From assembly GCA_031370645.1 (NCBI GenBank), contig JANMQV010000187.1, positions 1 to 20,342 on the forward strand: 20,342 nucleotides of DNA, given 5' to 3'. The stretch's first letter is position 1. The number at the start of each line of letters is the position of its first letter. Shown piece by piece: positions 8,373 through 16,665 of this stretch. The notes under the pieces are model-generated. The model did not search any database and had not been told where the DNA came from. It saw only the letters and a program-made list of their open reading frames with translations. Position numbers and translations under genes: made by a program. Source of the DNA: Candidatus Eiseniibacteriota bacterium. GTDB lineage: Bacteria > Eisenbacteria > RBG-16-71-46 > SZUA-252.

Positions 8373-9422
8373 CTACGGAATCGGCATCACGACGGCATTG
8401 CTGGCGAGTGCCACCGCGCCGATCCGTGCCAGCGCCCTACCATTTAACGCCGCTCCCGTATTCAAGGTGATCGACTGATTCGCCATGATGGTGCCCTTGA
8501 ACGTGGACGTCGTTCCCAGCGTGGCGGAAGTTCCCACCTGCCAGAAGACGTTCGCCGATTTCGCGCCACCGCTCAGGATCACGAGCCGGCCGGAAGTGGT
8601 GGTGAGCGTCGAAGCGATCTGGAAAATAAAGACGGCATTCGCGTCGCCTTGAGCGTCGAGCGTGAGATCACCCGATGAGATCGCAAGCGATGAGGTGGAC
8701 TTATAGAGGCCCGGCGGAAGCGTCAGTCCGCCGAGATTCCCGGCGACCGTGACGGGCGACAGCGTCCTCCCCGCGGCGTCGTTATAGGCCGTTGTGAGAT
8801 CGGTCATGGCCGTGGAGGATGTGACGTCGGCGGCGTGAATCGAACCGCTCAACGTACCGGGCGGGAAGCCCGTCACCGCGGATCCCGGGCTCACGCCCAG
8901 ATCACCGCCCAGTGACGTCGGGCCAAGATTCGTGACGGTCGAGCCTCCCAGAACAACGAAAGCGCCCGCGCCGCCAAGGGCAACCGACGCCTGACTGCTC
9001 GATGCGCCCGAGGTCGTGAAGACCCAGATATAGCTGGTCGCCAGCGCGTTCGCGGAGGCATCCTTCGCCCCGGTCGTGATCGTCGCCGTATACGTCGTGC
9101 TAGGCGTGAGCGCGCTCGTCGGCGTGAAGACCGCGACGCCGGTCGACACGCTGTAAGCGGCCGTGCCCGCAACGGGGGTCGAGCCGGGTCCAGTCAGCGT
9201 GAAGGTGCTCGCCGTGATCGTCGAGGGATCCATGGCCTCGCTGAAGGACGCCGTGATGATGGCTACTCCCGTAGCCCCATTGGCGGGGTTGGTGGAACTT
9301 ACGGTCGGCGCGACCGTGTCCGCGCCGGGGCCGGTGGGGTTGTCCGAGTCACTGCATCCGGCCGTGGCGACAAGAAAAGCCGCCAACGCCAGTCCCGCAA
9401 GGCTGCTTGTACGAAGCTTCAT
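8373..9422 (-). CDS. Ice-binding-family (DUF3494) lipoprotein with N-terminal bacterial Ig-like (Big_5) domain
   Basis: Lipobox ATAG-C; DTVAPTVSSTNPANGATGV...FSEAMD Big_5 pattern; GDLGVSPGSAVTGFPPG, LPPGLY, LTLDAQGDANAVFIFQI, NVFWQVGTSATLGT, GRALA. Start at ATG 9422 after AAGGAA. Confidence 0.94.
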   Translation of the reverse strand: MKLRTSSLAGLALAAFLVATAGCSDSDNPTGPGADTVAPTVSSTNPANGATGVAIITASFSEAMDPSTITASTFTLTGPGSTPVAGTAAYSVSTGVAVFTPTSALTPSTTYTATITTGAKDASANALATSYIWVFTTSGASSSQASVALGGAGAFVVLGGSTVTNLGPTSLGGDLGVSPGSAVTGFPPGTLSGSIHAADVTSSTAMTDLTTAYNDAAGRTLSPVTVAGNLGGLTLPPGLYKSTSSLAISSGDLTLDAQGDANAVFIFQIASTLTTTSGRLVILSGGAKSANVFWQVGTSATLGTTSTFKGTIMANQSITLNTGAALNGRALARIGAVALASNAVVMPIP

Positions 9423-9465
9423 GAGAAGTTCCTTCCGTTTGAGTGGGTGTCGCGCTCTGAGGTAC

Positions 9466-9482
9466 GGCAGGAACGGTGCCAA
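9466..9482 (-). promoter_or_regulatory. Sigma54 (-24/-12) promoter of the DUF3494 gene
   Basis: Minus strand TTGGCACCGTTCCTGCC = GG-N10-GC, about 44 nt upstream of the start codon. Confidence 0.7.
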
Positions 9483-9600
9483 GCTACCGAGAAGTCGCAC
9501 ATCGCGCGGTAAGGCGTTGGAGGGGCGCTCGCAAGCGCCGCTTTGCGCACCCATCCGTCGCCGGCGATCGTGGTGGGCCGCCCGACAGCGAAGGTAGCCC

Positions 9601-9626
9601 TTTCAAGATCGGGCCGGGATCTTCAA
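9601..9626 (-). promoter_or_regulatory. Candidate enhancer (UAS)
   Basis: TTGAAG-N14-TTGAAA beginning 120 nt from the TGG of the sigma54 site. Confidence 0.5.
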
Positions 9627-9700
9627 CGTAGAGACGAAGGCGGGCGCCTGGCTGCTGCGCCCGCCTCGTTGGTACCGCGGCAGTTCGGAGGTTGCCAAAC

Positions 9701-10450
9701 TTAGTTGCCGCCGCGGCCACCCCGCCCGTTATTGCCTTTGCCATTCCCGCGGCCATTGCCGTTGCCATCGCCGTTGCCGGGGGAGTTGTTGTTCCGGTTT
9801 CCCCACGCGGGAGGATAGTTGCGCCATTGCTCGCGCGGAACTCTGGAGAATTCGCTCGGGACCGCGCTCGCTTCGATCACATTGAATCGACCGCTTTCGC
9901 GCGAGGACGAGTACCACCGGTCGCCGCTGTAGGCGTAATAATTTCCGCCGTAGCGGAACACGTCGTAGTTGGGTCGCGCGTCTCCATACACCATCGAGAC
10001 GTTCGTCCCGTTGATGCTCGACCAGCGGGGCGCGCTCCCGAAGTTGACTTGGAGGTACAGGCCCGAACCGTTCGAACCTCCCGGGCGGGAATCTTCCCAC
10101 GCGGTCGGATAATTCCGCCAATGGTCGCGCGGAATCCGGCGCAACTCTCTCGGGACCGAGCGAGTGTCGATCATGGTGAACCGACCGCGACCGCGCCGGG
10201 AGATGTACCACCGGGTGTTCCTGTAGTTGTAGGCGTAATACCGGCGACCGTACTGGAACACGTCATAGTCGCTGCGATCTTGCCGACGAATTTCCCGAAC
10301 CTGGGTGCCGGGGACGCCGACCCAGTGCGGGGTGCTTCCGAAGTTGATTTGAAGCGACACGTCCGTCGCCGCACGGGCCGTGGCGGCGGCGCCGCATCCC
10401 ATGCTCAGGGCGAGTAGCGGAACCAACAGCATCTTGGAACGAAGAATCAT
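9701..10450 (-). CDS. Exported hypothetical protein with two ~85-aa aromatic/Arg-rich repeats and a Gly/Asn tail
   Basis: AAGGA RBS, signal peptide, repeated LQ(I/V)NFGS.P.W...YDVF.YG..YYAY...WRNYP.AW, tail GNGDGNGNGRGNGKG. Confidence 0.88.
   Translation of the reverse strand: MILRSKMLLVPLLALSMGCGAAATARAATDVSLQINFGSTPHWVGVPGTQVREIRRQDRSDYDVFQYGRRYYAYNYRNTRWYISRRGRGRFTMIDTRSVPRELRRIPRDHWRNYPTAWEDSRPGGSNGSGLYLQVNFGSAPRWSSINGTNVSMVYGDARPNYDVFRYGGNYYAYSGDRWYSSSRESGRFNVIEASAVPSEFSRVPREQWRNYPPAWGNRNNNSPGNGDGNGNGRGNGKGNNGRGGRGGN
9803..10354 (-). repeat. Intragenic tandem domain duplication
   Basis: Unit 1 at 10097-10354 (86 aa) and unit 2 at 9803-10054 (84 aa); starts are 300 nt apart. Confidence 0.9.
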
Positions 10451-10526
10451 CGATTCATCCTTTCCTGCGCATCGCCTCTACCGATGCGATGGTCGCTTTG
10501 TGAGTGTTCTCGACGGGGGGGATTAG

Positions 10527-10542
10527 GGCACGAACGATGCCA
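10527..10542 (-). promoter_or_regulatory. Sigma54 promoter of the repeat protein gene
   Basis: Minus strand TGGCATCGTTCGTGCC = GG-N10-GC. Confidence 0.65.
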
Positions 10543-10661
10543 CCGGAGGGGGGAAATACGCGGCTCCGCGTATCGTCTTATGGGTGGGCCCTCTACCCCG
10601 CTTCCGGGCCGTCTAGAGCGGGGGTCGGGAGGGAGGCACCACGCCACAACGAAGGAAGCCG

Positions 10662-10687
10662 TTTCAATCTCACAGCGGTTTCTTCAA
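10662..10687 (-). promoter_or_regulatory. Candidate enhancer (UAS)
   Basis: TTGAAG-N14-TTGAAA, again 120 nt from the TGG of the sigma54 site. Confidence 0.5.
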
Positions 10688-10727
10688 TCCCCTAACGCGG
10701 CCGTGCAGGGCGAATCAGCGGTTCCGG

Positions 10728-12803
10728 CTAACGAACCTCCCAGCCGACCGAGAACGCCGACGCCCCGTCGGTGAATCCGTGCGCGGCATCGATTCGAAAT
10801 GCTCCGCGTCCGCCCGGCGCGGCGAGCCGGATGCCGGCGCCGCCGTCGAACTGCCACGGTTCCCGCTCCGTTCGCCACGGATCCAACGGCTTCGCCCCGT
10901 CGACAAAGACGCTCCATCCGAAGCGTATCGACTTCACGGTGCCGATCCTGTCTTGCCGCTCGAGTCCGGTGTGAACGAGCGTTCGTCCGAAGGCTCGTCC
11001 CGCCACGACGCCGTCGTCCAGCAGCGGATGGGCGCGTAGAAGCGGTTCACGGCCGCGGCCGGTTCCCGCTCCGGGCCAAAGCGCCAACGGGGCGGCGGCG
11101 GTAGCCGTTAAGACCCCGAGCCGGGCCAGCCATCGGCCATCAGCGCGGAATTCCGAACTCCATCGGGCGAGGAGGCCCGCCGCTTCGAACGGGACCGATC
11201 CGTCGAGGCTGGTCCACTGCGCCACTTCCGCGTTCAGCGCGAGCCGATCGTGCGCAAGTCGGGATTCAAGTTTGCCTTCGATTGATAGGTGAGCGCCACG
11301 CGCGGTCCATTTGTCCAACCCCGCTCCGAACTCGAGACGAAGATTCGGAGCGACCCAATCCGCGAAGGTGAGCACGGTGCGGCGGCGTTCCTCGCGCGTC
11401 ACCACGGCGCGAAGCACGCCGTCGGGACCGAGCGACTCCGAACCGGCGTAGGCCTGTCGCTCCCAGAGGCCTTCCACACGCCAGAGCCCGGGACGCCCAC
11501 CCGGAGCCGGGACTGCCAACGTCAACGAAGCGCTCGGGCGCTCCCGCTGCCAGCGATAGCCGGCCGTCCAGAGCTCTCCGTTCCCCGTAGGGCTGGCGAC
11601 GCGGAGCGAGACCTCCCGCTCGGCGAAGGCTCGGAGCCCCGCGGCCCCTGCATCGAGTGGTCCCGAGAAGAGAAGCGGGCGCTCCAGCACCGCGACGTTC
11701 ACCTGGGCACTTCCCTGCGGCAACGGCGTCAGGCTGAGTCGCGACTGCGAGTGGGCGGGCAACTCTGCTAGACGCCGTCGGGCGCGGAGGTAAGCCCCGG
11801 AGGTGAGCAGGCGTCCCGGCTGCAATCCGAGTTGTCCGGAGACCGCGCGGTAACGAGTGCGAGCCAATCCGTCGATCCGCGGCAGATCGGCGCGCGGTTC
11901 GGAAACCCGGTTCCATGCTCGGAGCGCGCCGTCCTCGTCGCCGAGAAGAAACCGGCTTCCCGCGAGGAGGCGCCACGTATATCGGTCATCCGGATCGAGG
12001 TCCAGCGCCTGTTGGGCGAATCGTGCGGCTCCGAGCCAATCCTCCGCCTTGAAACGCAAACCCGCGAGCCCCCGCAGGGGCGCGGCCGATTCCGGGCAGA
12101 GTGCCATGGCCGAACGCAGTCGATCCTCCGCCCCCGTCGTGTCGCCGTTCCTCGCTCGGACGATCGCGTCTTCCACGATCGCGTCGCAGCCGGTTTGCGG
12201 CACCGGAGGGGAAACGGCCATGGGCGCGGAGCCGTCGTCGGCGGGCCCGAATTTTCCCTCCGCCGGGAGAATCACAACAGCCCAGTACGCGCCTCCGCGC
12301 CAGGCCTCATTGAAGGCTTTTTCGCTACGTGTTCGAAACGGCGCGACGGCGGGGTCATGGAGGATCACGCCACCGTTCGCCCACGCCACGACTACCACAT
12401 AGTGATACAGGCCGGGACCTACCTGAATCAGGGCGATGACGGGTCGCCCCTTGTCGAGCTGTTCTCGAACATCGGACGGCGTGCCGGGGATCGACACCGC
12501 ACTCCAGCCGCGCGAACGCACCGCTCGAACCATCGCGTCGGTGCGGATGCCCGCCTCCCCGTTCTCGATCAGGGGCAGGAACTCCTCGGCCAAGACGGCG
12601 GGCTCGCCCCAGTAGCGGAATACCATGGCGATGGCCGCCCCACCGCAGAGAGCGGCCGTCTGAGGCACGTAGGGGACATCGAGCAGGCGTACCCGGTCCG
12701 TGGGTCGTCGCGCGGCCGACGGCGTTTCCGCGGCCGCCGATTGAAACAGAAGGGCGGCCAGCGTCAACCAGACGCTGACCGCCAGTCCTGCTCGCAGAAA
12801 CAC
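10728..12803 (-). CDS. C39-like cysteine peptidase (PA2778-like) fused to TPR, POTRA-like and Omp85-like beta-barrel regions
   Basis: Signal peptide; LDVPYVPQTAALCGGAA (Cys), GRPVIALI, YHYVVVV (His), HDP (Asp); TPR helices (ALDLDPDD); POTRA-like IDGLARTR...GRLL...RRRLAELP...VAVLER; barrel end GGAGIRL...FRIDAAHG...FSVGW. GTG start 7 nt after the upstream stop. Confidence 0.82.
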   Translation of the reverse strand: MFLRAGLAVSVWLTLAALLFQSAAAETPSAARRPTDRVRLLDVPYVPQTAALCGGAAIAMVFRYWGEPAVLAEEFLPLIENGEAGIRTDAMVRAVRSRGWSAVSIPGTPSDVREQLDKGRPVIALIQVGPGLYHYVVVVAWANGGVILHDPAVAPFRTRSEKAFNEAWRGGAYWAVVILPAEGKFGPADDGSAPMAVSPPVPQTGCDAIVEDAIVRARNGDTTGAEDRLRSAMALCPESAAPLRGLAGLRFKAEDWLGAARFAQQALDLDPDDRYTWRLLAGSRFLLGDEDGALRAWNRVSEPRADLPRIDGLARTRYRAVSGQLGLQPGRLLTSGAYLRARRRLAELPAHSQSRLSLTPLPQGSAQVNVAVLERPLLFSGPLDAGAAGLRAFAEREVSLRVASPTGNGELWTAGYRWQRERPSASLTLAVPAPGGRPGLWRVEGLWERQAYAGSESLGPDGVLRAVVTREERRRTVLTFADWVAPNLRLEFGAGLDKWTARGAHLSIEGKLESRLAHDRLALNAEVAQWTSLDGSVPFEAAGLLARWSSEFRADGRWLARLGVLTATAAAPLALWPGAGTGRGREPLLRAHPLLDDGVVAGRAFGRTLVHTGLERQDRIGTVKSIRFGWSVFVDGAKPLDPWRTEREPWQFDGGAGIRLAAPGGRGAFRIDAAHGFTDGASAFSVGWEVR

Positions 12804-12810
12804 TGCGTGC

Positions 12811-13218
12811 TCAGTTCGCCAGAATGATGATCAGCAAAAGGATGATGATGATCGTGGTGACCGTGAGCGTTACGGTTTGGACACCGCCGACGCTTCCGTT
12901 CGCCGCGGTGGCCGTGTGCACGCGGGCCGCGAGATCTTTGAGCTCAGCCCCGGACAGGACATTCGCGGCGGCGCTGGCCCGCTGGATGTCCAAGCCCGCC
13001 GCCCCGGCGATCTTGCGAACGTCGGGACGGGCGAGAAGATCCTGGATCGCCTGTCGATCGGCGCTTTGGGTGTCCACGCGCTGGTCGATCTTGGCCTGAA
13101 TGTCGACTTCGCCGATCACGTCGGGACGCGGCTCGCCGGCCGATGCCACGGTTGCCGCCCCGAGAACGACGAGTGAGGCTGCAAGTAGAGCCAGTATGAT
13201 TTTTCGGTACATCGTCAT
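12811..13218 (-). CDS. PA2779-like exported protein with GG motif and hydrophobic C-terminal tail
   Basis: AAGGGG RBS, signal peptide, DRQAIQDLLARPDVRKIA...LSGAELKDLAAR, then VGG-VQTVTLTVTTIIIILLLIIILAN. Lies directly upstream of a C39-like peptidase. Confidence 0.8.
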   Translation of the reverse strand: MTMYRKIILALLAASLVVLGAATVASAGEPRPDVIGEVDIQAKIDQRVDTQSADRQAIQDLLARPDVRKIAGAAGLDIQRASAAANVLSGAELKDLAARVHTATAANGSVGGVQTVTLTVTTIIIILLLIIILAN

Positions 13219-13289
13219 CGCATTCCCCTTGTTGGTTGCTCCCTTCATGGAGCGACGTTTGCACTCATGGAGACGCACGGATGTGGGCA

Positions 13290-13318
13290 GGGAGGGAGGC
13301 CTTTAGGGTCCCCCTCCC
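13290..13318. other. Intergenic hairpin (mRNA stabiliser or weak terminator)
   Basis: GGGAGGG...CCCTCCC stem 27 nt downstream of the OmpA stop. No U-tract on the minus strand. Confidence 0.4.
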
Positions 13319-13345
13319 GCCTCAGGGTTTAACGGCTCAACGCCG

Positions 13346-14950
13346 CTACTCCCCTTTCTTTAGCAGCCTCCGGCGCTCGCGTTCCTTCGTCAGTTCCTCG
13401 GTATTCAGCACCTTGAACTCCACGCGACGATTCTTCGCCATGCCTTCGATCGTCTTGTTGGACGCCACCGGCAGGCTCTCGCCGTAGCCCTTCGCGACGT
13501 ACTGCTCGCGGGCGATCTGCGGGAACTTCTGCACGAGGTAATCCAGGACCGACTGCGAACGCTTCTGCGAGAGGTCCAGGTTGTAGGCATCCGCGCCGCG
13601 CGCGTCGCAATGTCCGCCGACTTCGATCCGAAGACGCGGCCACTGGATCAAGATCGTGCCGATACCGTCGAGGACCGGCTGCGACTCCGGCAGAATGTCC
13701 CACTTCGCGGTTTCGAAGTGGATCTCGCGAGTCGTGATCGTTCCCTTGTCCAGCAGTTCGCGCTCGCGATCGGTGAGCGTGATCGGGCAGCCGTCCGAGT
13801 CGACTTTGACGTCCGCCTGCGTATTCGGGCAGAGATCCTTGTCGTCCGTGACGCCGTCCTGATCCGAGTCGGTGGCGCAGCCGCGCGTGTCGACCTGGGT
13901 TCCTGCCGGGGTGTTCGGGCATTGATCGAGTCCATCGGGAACGCCGTCGTGGTCGGAGTCGACCGGGCATCCGGTCTCATCCACCTTGGTTCCCGGCGGG
14001 GTGCCGGCGCATCGATCGGCGGCGTCCAAAACGCCGTCACCGTCGGAGTCGGCGGCGCAACCGCGCGCGTCGACCGCCGTGCCGGCGGGCGTGTTCGCGC
14101 ACTGATCCACTCCGTCCGGAACACCGTCGCCGTCCGCGTCGCTGGGGCAGCCACGTACGTCGACCGTGGCGCCTGCCGGCGTATTCGGGCACTGGTCGAT
14201 GCCGTCAGGCACGTGATCGCCGTCCGCATCCAGCGGACAGCCGGAAGCGTCGACAAGCGCTCCGCGAGGCGTGTCAGCGCAGGTGTCGTCCTTGTCCTTC
14301 ACACCGTCCTTGTCGGAGTCCCCGTTATGTCCGGATCCGCCGAGCGTGATCTGAATGCCGGCGCTGTAGAAAAGGTTGTGCACGCTCTTGTCGCCCGGGG
14401 GATCCGGCGCGGGAGGTGAATCGAACTTCCAGATCTTGTCGCGAATCTCGAGCCGAAGGGCCGTCTTCCGGCCGAAGCCGAGCTTCACGCCGCCGCCGAA
14501 CTCCAGACCGTTCTGGAACGTCTGAGAGCTCGAGACATCCGATTTGATCTTCTCTTCGTGCCATCCGCCGAGCACGTACGGGTTGAACGCGATCGAGGGG
14601 AAGAGATTCAACGTGAGGTCGGCACCGTAGGCTTGAATGCTTTGGTCCGTCGGCGGCGTCAGGCTCGCAGCAGTAAAGAGCGAGTCGCCCGTGCCGTATT
14701 CCGTGTGTGTCTTCATCCAGCCGTAGTAGCCCTCGACGCCGAGATGCCGTCCGAAGCCGAGACCGACGCGGCCGCCGAACATCGGCTTGTCATCGAGGTT
14801 CACGTCCTTCGCCCACATTCCATAACCGGCGAATGGCGTGAGATTCAAATGCAAACCACCCGGCTCGCTCCTGGCGACTCCGGATGCTAGCGGCCCCTGG
14901 AGCAGAAACACCGCCAATACCACCAACCACTTTCGCAGCGAATTCATCAT
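13346..14950 (-). CDS. OmpA/OprF-family protein: N-terminal beta-barrel, thrombospondin type-3 repeats, C-terminal peptidoglycan-binding OmpA domain
   Basis: Signal peptide, barrel strands, DxDxDGVxDxxDxCxxTP repeats, IHFETAK, IEVGGHCDARG, YNLDLSQKRS, KGYGES, NRRVEF. Confidence 0.95.
   Translation of the reverse strand: MMNSLRKWLVVLAVFLLQGPLASGVARSEPGGLHLNLTPFAGYGMWAKDVNLDDKPMFGGRVGLGFGRHLGVEGYYGWMKTHTEYGTGDSLFTAASLTPPTDQSIQAYGADLTLNLFPSIAFNPYVLGGWHEEKIKSDVSSSQTFQNGLEFGGGVKLGFGRKTALRLEIRDKIWKFDSPPAPDPPGDKSVHNLFYSAGIQITLGGSGHNGDSDKDGVKDKDDTCADTPRGALVDASGCPLDADGDHVPDGIDQCPNTPAGATVDVRGCPSDADGDGVPDGVDQCANTPAGTAVDARGCAADSDGDGVLDAADRCAGTPPGTKVDETGCPVDSDHDGVPDGLDQCPNTPAGTQVDTRGCATDSDQDGVTDDKDLCPNTQADVKVDSDGCPITLTDRERELLDKGTITTREIHFETAKWDILPESQPVLDGIGTILIQWPRLRIEVGGHCDARGADAYNLDLSQKRSQSVLDYLVQKFPQIAREQYVAKGYGESLPVASNKTIEGMAKNRRVEFKVLNTEELTKERERRRLLKKGE
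13784..14323 (-). repeat. Six 90-nt (30-aa) TSP3 calcium-binding repeats
   Basis: Six consecutive units of consensus xDxDxDGVxDxxDxCxxTPxGxxVDxxGC(P/A), 540 nt in total. Confidence 0.93.
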
Positions 14951-15012
14951 GTGCCCTCTCTCTCGAGGTGGATACTCTAACGCGGGTCTGACCTAGTCCA
15001 TGCCCCTGGCAA

Positions 15013-15028
15013 GGCAAAGAATGTGCCA
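15013..15028 (-). promoter_or_regulatory. Sigma54 promoter of the ompA / PA2779-like / peptidase unit
   Basis: Minus strand TGGCACATTCTTTGCC, a near-consensus TGGCAC-N5-TTGC. Confidence 0.8.
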
Positions 15029-15137
15029 CGGTCGCCATCGTTCCAACCCCGCCCCGAAACGATTCGGGTGCAGCCTGATGCGCCGATCTTCTCCACCATA
15101 ACGAGACGGGGAGCCGGTCGTGTGCCCCGGCTCCCCG

Positions 15138-15163
15138 CTTCAACCAATTTGTAAACTTTACAA
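15138..15163 (-). promoter_or_regulatory. Candidate enhancer (UAS) with embedded palindrome
   Basis: TTGTAA-N14-TTGAAG 110 nt from the sigma54 TGG. Includes the perfect palindrome TTGTAAA-C-TTTACAA (15149-15163). Confidence 0.55.
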
Positions 15164-15205
15164 GCCGGGCCGAGCGCCACGCCGGCCCCCGACAGCGGAA
15201 CGCGA

Positions 15206-16612
15206 TCAGGCCGTTCCGGAGAGACGCTTGAACAATCGGCCGATGGCGACCGCCAGGACGAGCCAGACAACGATGAGTCCGACATTCACCAGCGCGAACT
15301 CTCGCGGGGCGAAGCCAAGCCACGTCGTACCGGCAAAGACGAGCCCGGCCGACAGGACGTCGCCGAAGCGAACGAAGAAGGTATCGTTCGCTTGCTTGGC
15401 CTTGTACTTCGCCTCTCGGCTCGTCGGGAGGTAGAGCGCATTTCGCGTGGTGTTCTGGAGCGAGTAGTCGAGAGAGTTCTCCGCCAGTTTCGCGCCGCGA
15501 ATGAAGGAGAGCAGCGGAACGAACGCCATCGACGTATATCCGATCAAGGCGACCGCGGGCAGGACCAGAAGCGCCACCCTCACCCCGAAGTACTTGATGA
15601 CGCGGGAGACGACAAACGCCTGAATCAGGGCCGAGATGACGTTCACCATCGTCTGGAAGTTTCCGTAGAACTCCCCGATCACTTTCTTCGCGTCGAGACC
15701 GGCGACCGCCGCGGCGCCGTGCGCGGCCGTATACGCCGCCAGCACCATCTTGCCCAAAATGTATTCCCCGTTGGTATTCACGAAATTGTAGAGAAGCATC
15801 AGGATGCCGATGAGGAGGAGATAGCGATCGCGAAAGACGAGGGCGAATCCACTTCGTCCGCGCACGGGTTCGTCCGCGCCGCCGGCGGGAGCGTCAGCGG
15901 CGCTTGCGTCCGTCGGCACCTCGGGCTGCGGCAACTTCCCCCCGCGGGCACGTTTCTCGCGAAGGTTGATCACGTTCGTGAGCACCATGCAGAAGGCCAA
16001 GAGCACGCACGCGCCGAGCATGAAGGGATAGGGCCCGTAGAGGGAAACCAGTTGCCCGGTGGAGAACGAGCCTGCGATGGCGCCCAAGGACGCGCCGAAC
16101 CCCACGATCGCGAATAGCCGCTTCCCCTGCTCCACGGTGTAGACGTCGTTCGCGAAGGCCCAAAGTTGCGCGATCACCATCAGGTTGAAGATCCCGACCC
16201 AGATGAAAAACGCGACACCGACCGGCACGCCGGCCTGGCTGAGCACGAAGAAAGCGACCAGACACGCGGCGAAGAAGAGAGTGACCCCGTTGATGAGTTT
16301 CACACGCGAGACGCGAGAAGCGAGGGCGCTGTAGAGCGGAACCAGAATGATGAAGAGCCCGGCGATGGCGGCGGCCGCGTAGCTCTTCACCTCCGCACCG
16401 CCCGGCACGGTCAAGATCAGCGGCTCGCGGATCGTCTTGAGCATCGAATACGCGGCCAAGAGGAAAAAGATGTTCAGCATCAGGAGGATCGCGGTGAGCC
16501 CCTCTCCGCCGCGCACCTCCGTGAAGACACCAAGGGCTCGATCGAGCAGCCCCTTGACGGCGGAATCCGGCTTGGCCCGGTCGCTCCCGGCAGTCGCTTC
16601 AGTGCTGGCCAT
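15206..16612 (-). CDS. Npt1/Npt2 (TLC/AAA family) nucleotide translocase, MFS fold
   Basis: GGAGG RBS, about 12 hydrophobic segments, YSMLKTIRE, FFIWVGIFNLMVIAQLWAFANDVY, QGKRLF, ENSLDYS, LYLPTSREAKYKAK..DTFFVRFGD. Confidence 0.88.
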   Translation of the reverse strand: MASTEATAGSDRAKPDSAVKGLLDRALGVFTEVRGGEGLTAILLMLNIFFLLAAYSMLKTIREPLILTVPGGAEVKSYAAAAIAGLFIILVPLYSALASRVSRVKLINGVTLFFAACLVAFFVLSQAGVPVGVAFFIWVGIFNLMVIAQLWAFANDVYTVEQGKRLFAIVGFGASLGAIAGSFSTGQLVSLYGPYPFMLGACVLLAFCMVLTNVINLREKRARGGKLPQPEVPTDASAADAPAGGADEPVRGRSGFALVFRDRYLLLIGILMLLYNFVNTNGEYILGKMVLAAYTAAHGAAAVAGLDAKKVIGEFYGNFQTMVNVISALIQAFVVSRVIKYFGVRVALLVLPAVALIGYTSMAFVPLLSFIRGAKLAENSLDYSLQNTTRNALYLPTSREAKYKAKQANDTFFVRFGDVLSAGLVFAGTTWLGFAPREFALVNVGLIVVWLVLAVAIGRLFKRLSGTA

Positions 16613-16665
16613 GGTGGTTCCTCCAGGGTCGGGTCAGGAGACGCTCGAGCGGCATGTGGGGTGGC

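Noticed and set aside
13784-14323. Regularly spaced DNA repeats suggesting a CRISPR array
   Set aside because: These are degenerate in-frame 90-nt TSP3 coding repeats without unique spacers, and no cas genes are present.
15167-15188. Hairpin just after the translocase stop as a terminator
   Set aside because: Bulged stem with a 3-nt loop and no clean U-tract; too weak to call.
15206-16612. Npt translocase as evidence of an intracellular energy-parasite lifestyle
   Set aside because: Homologs also occur in free-living bacteria, and the GC-rich, regulator-rich context does not look like a reduced genome.
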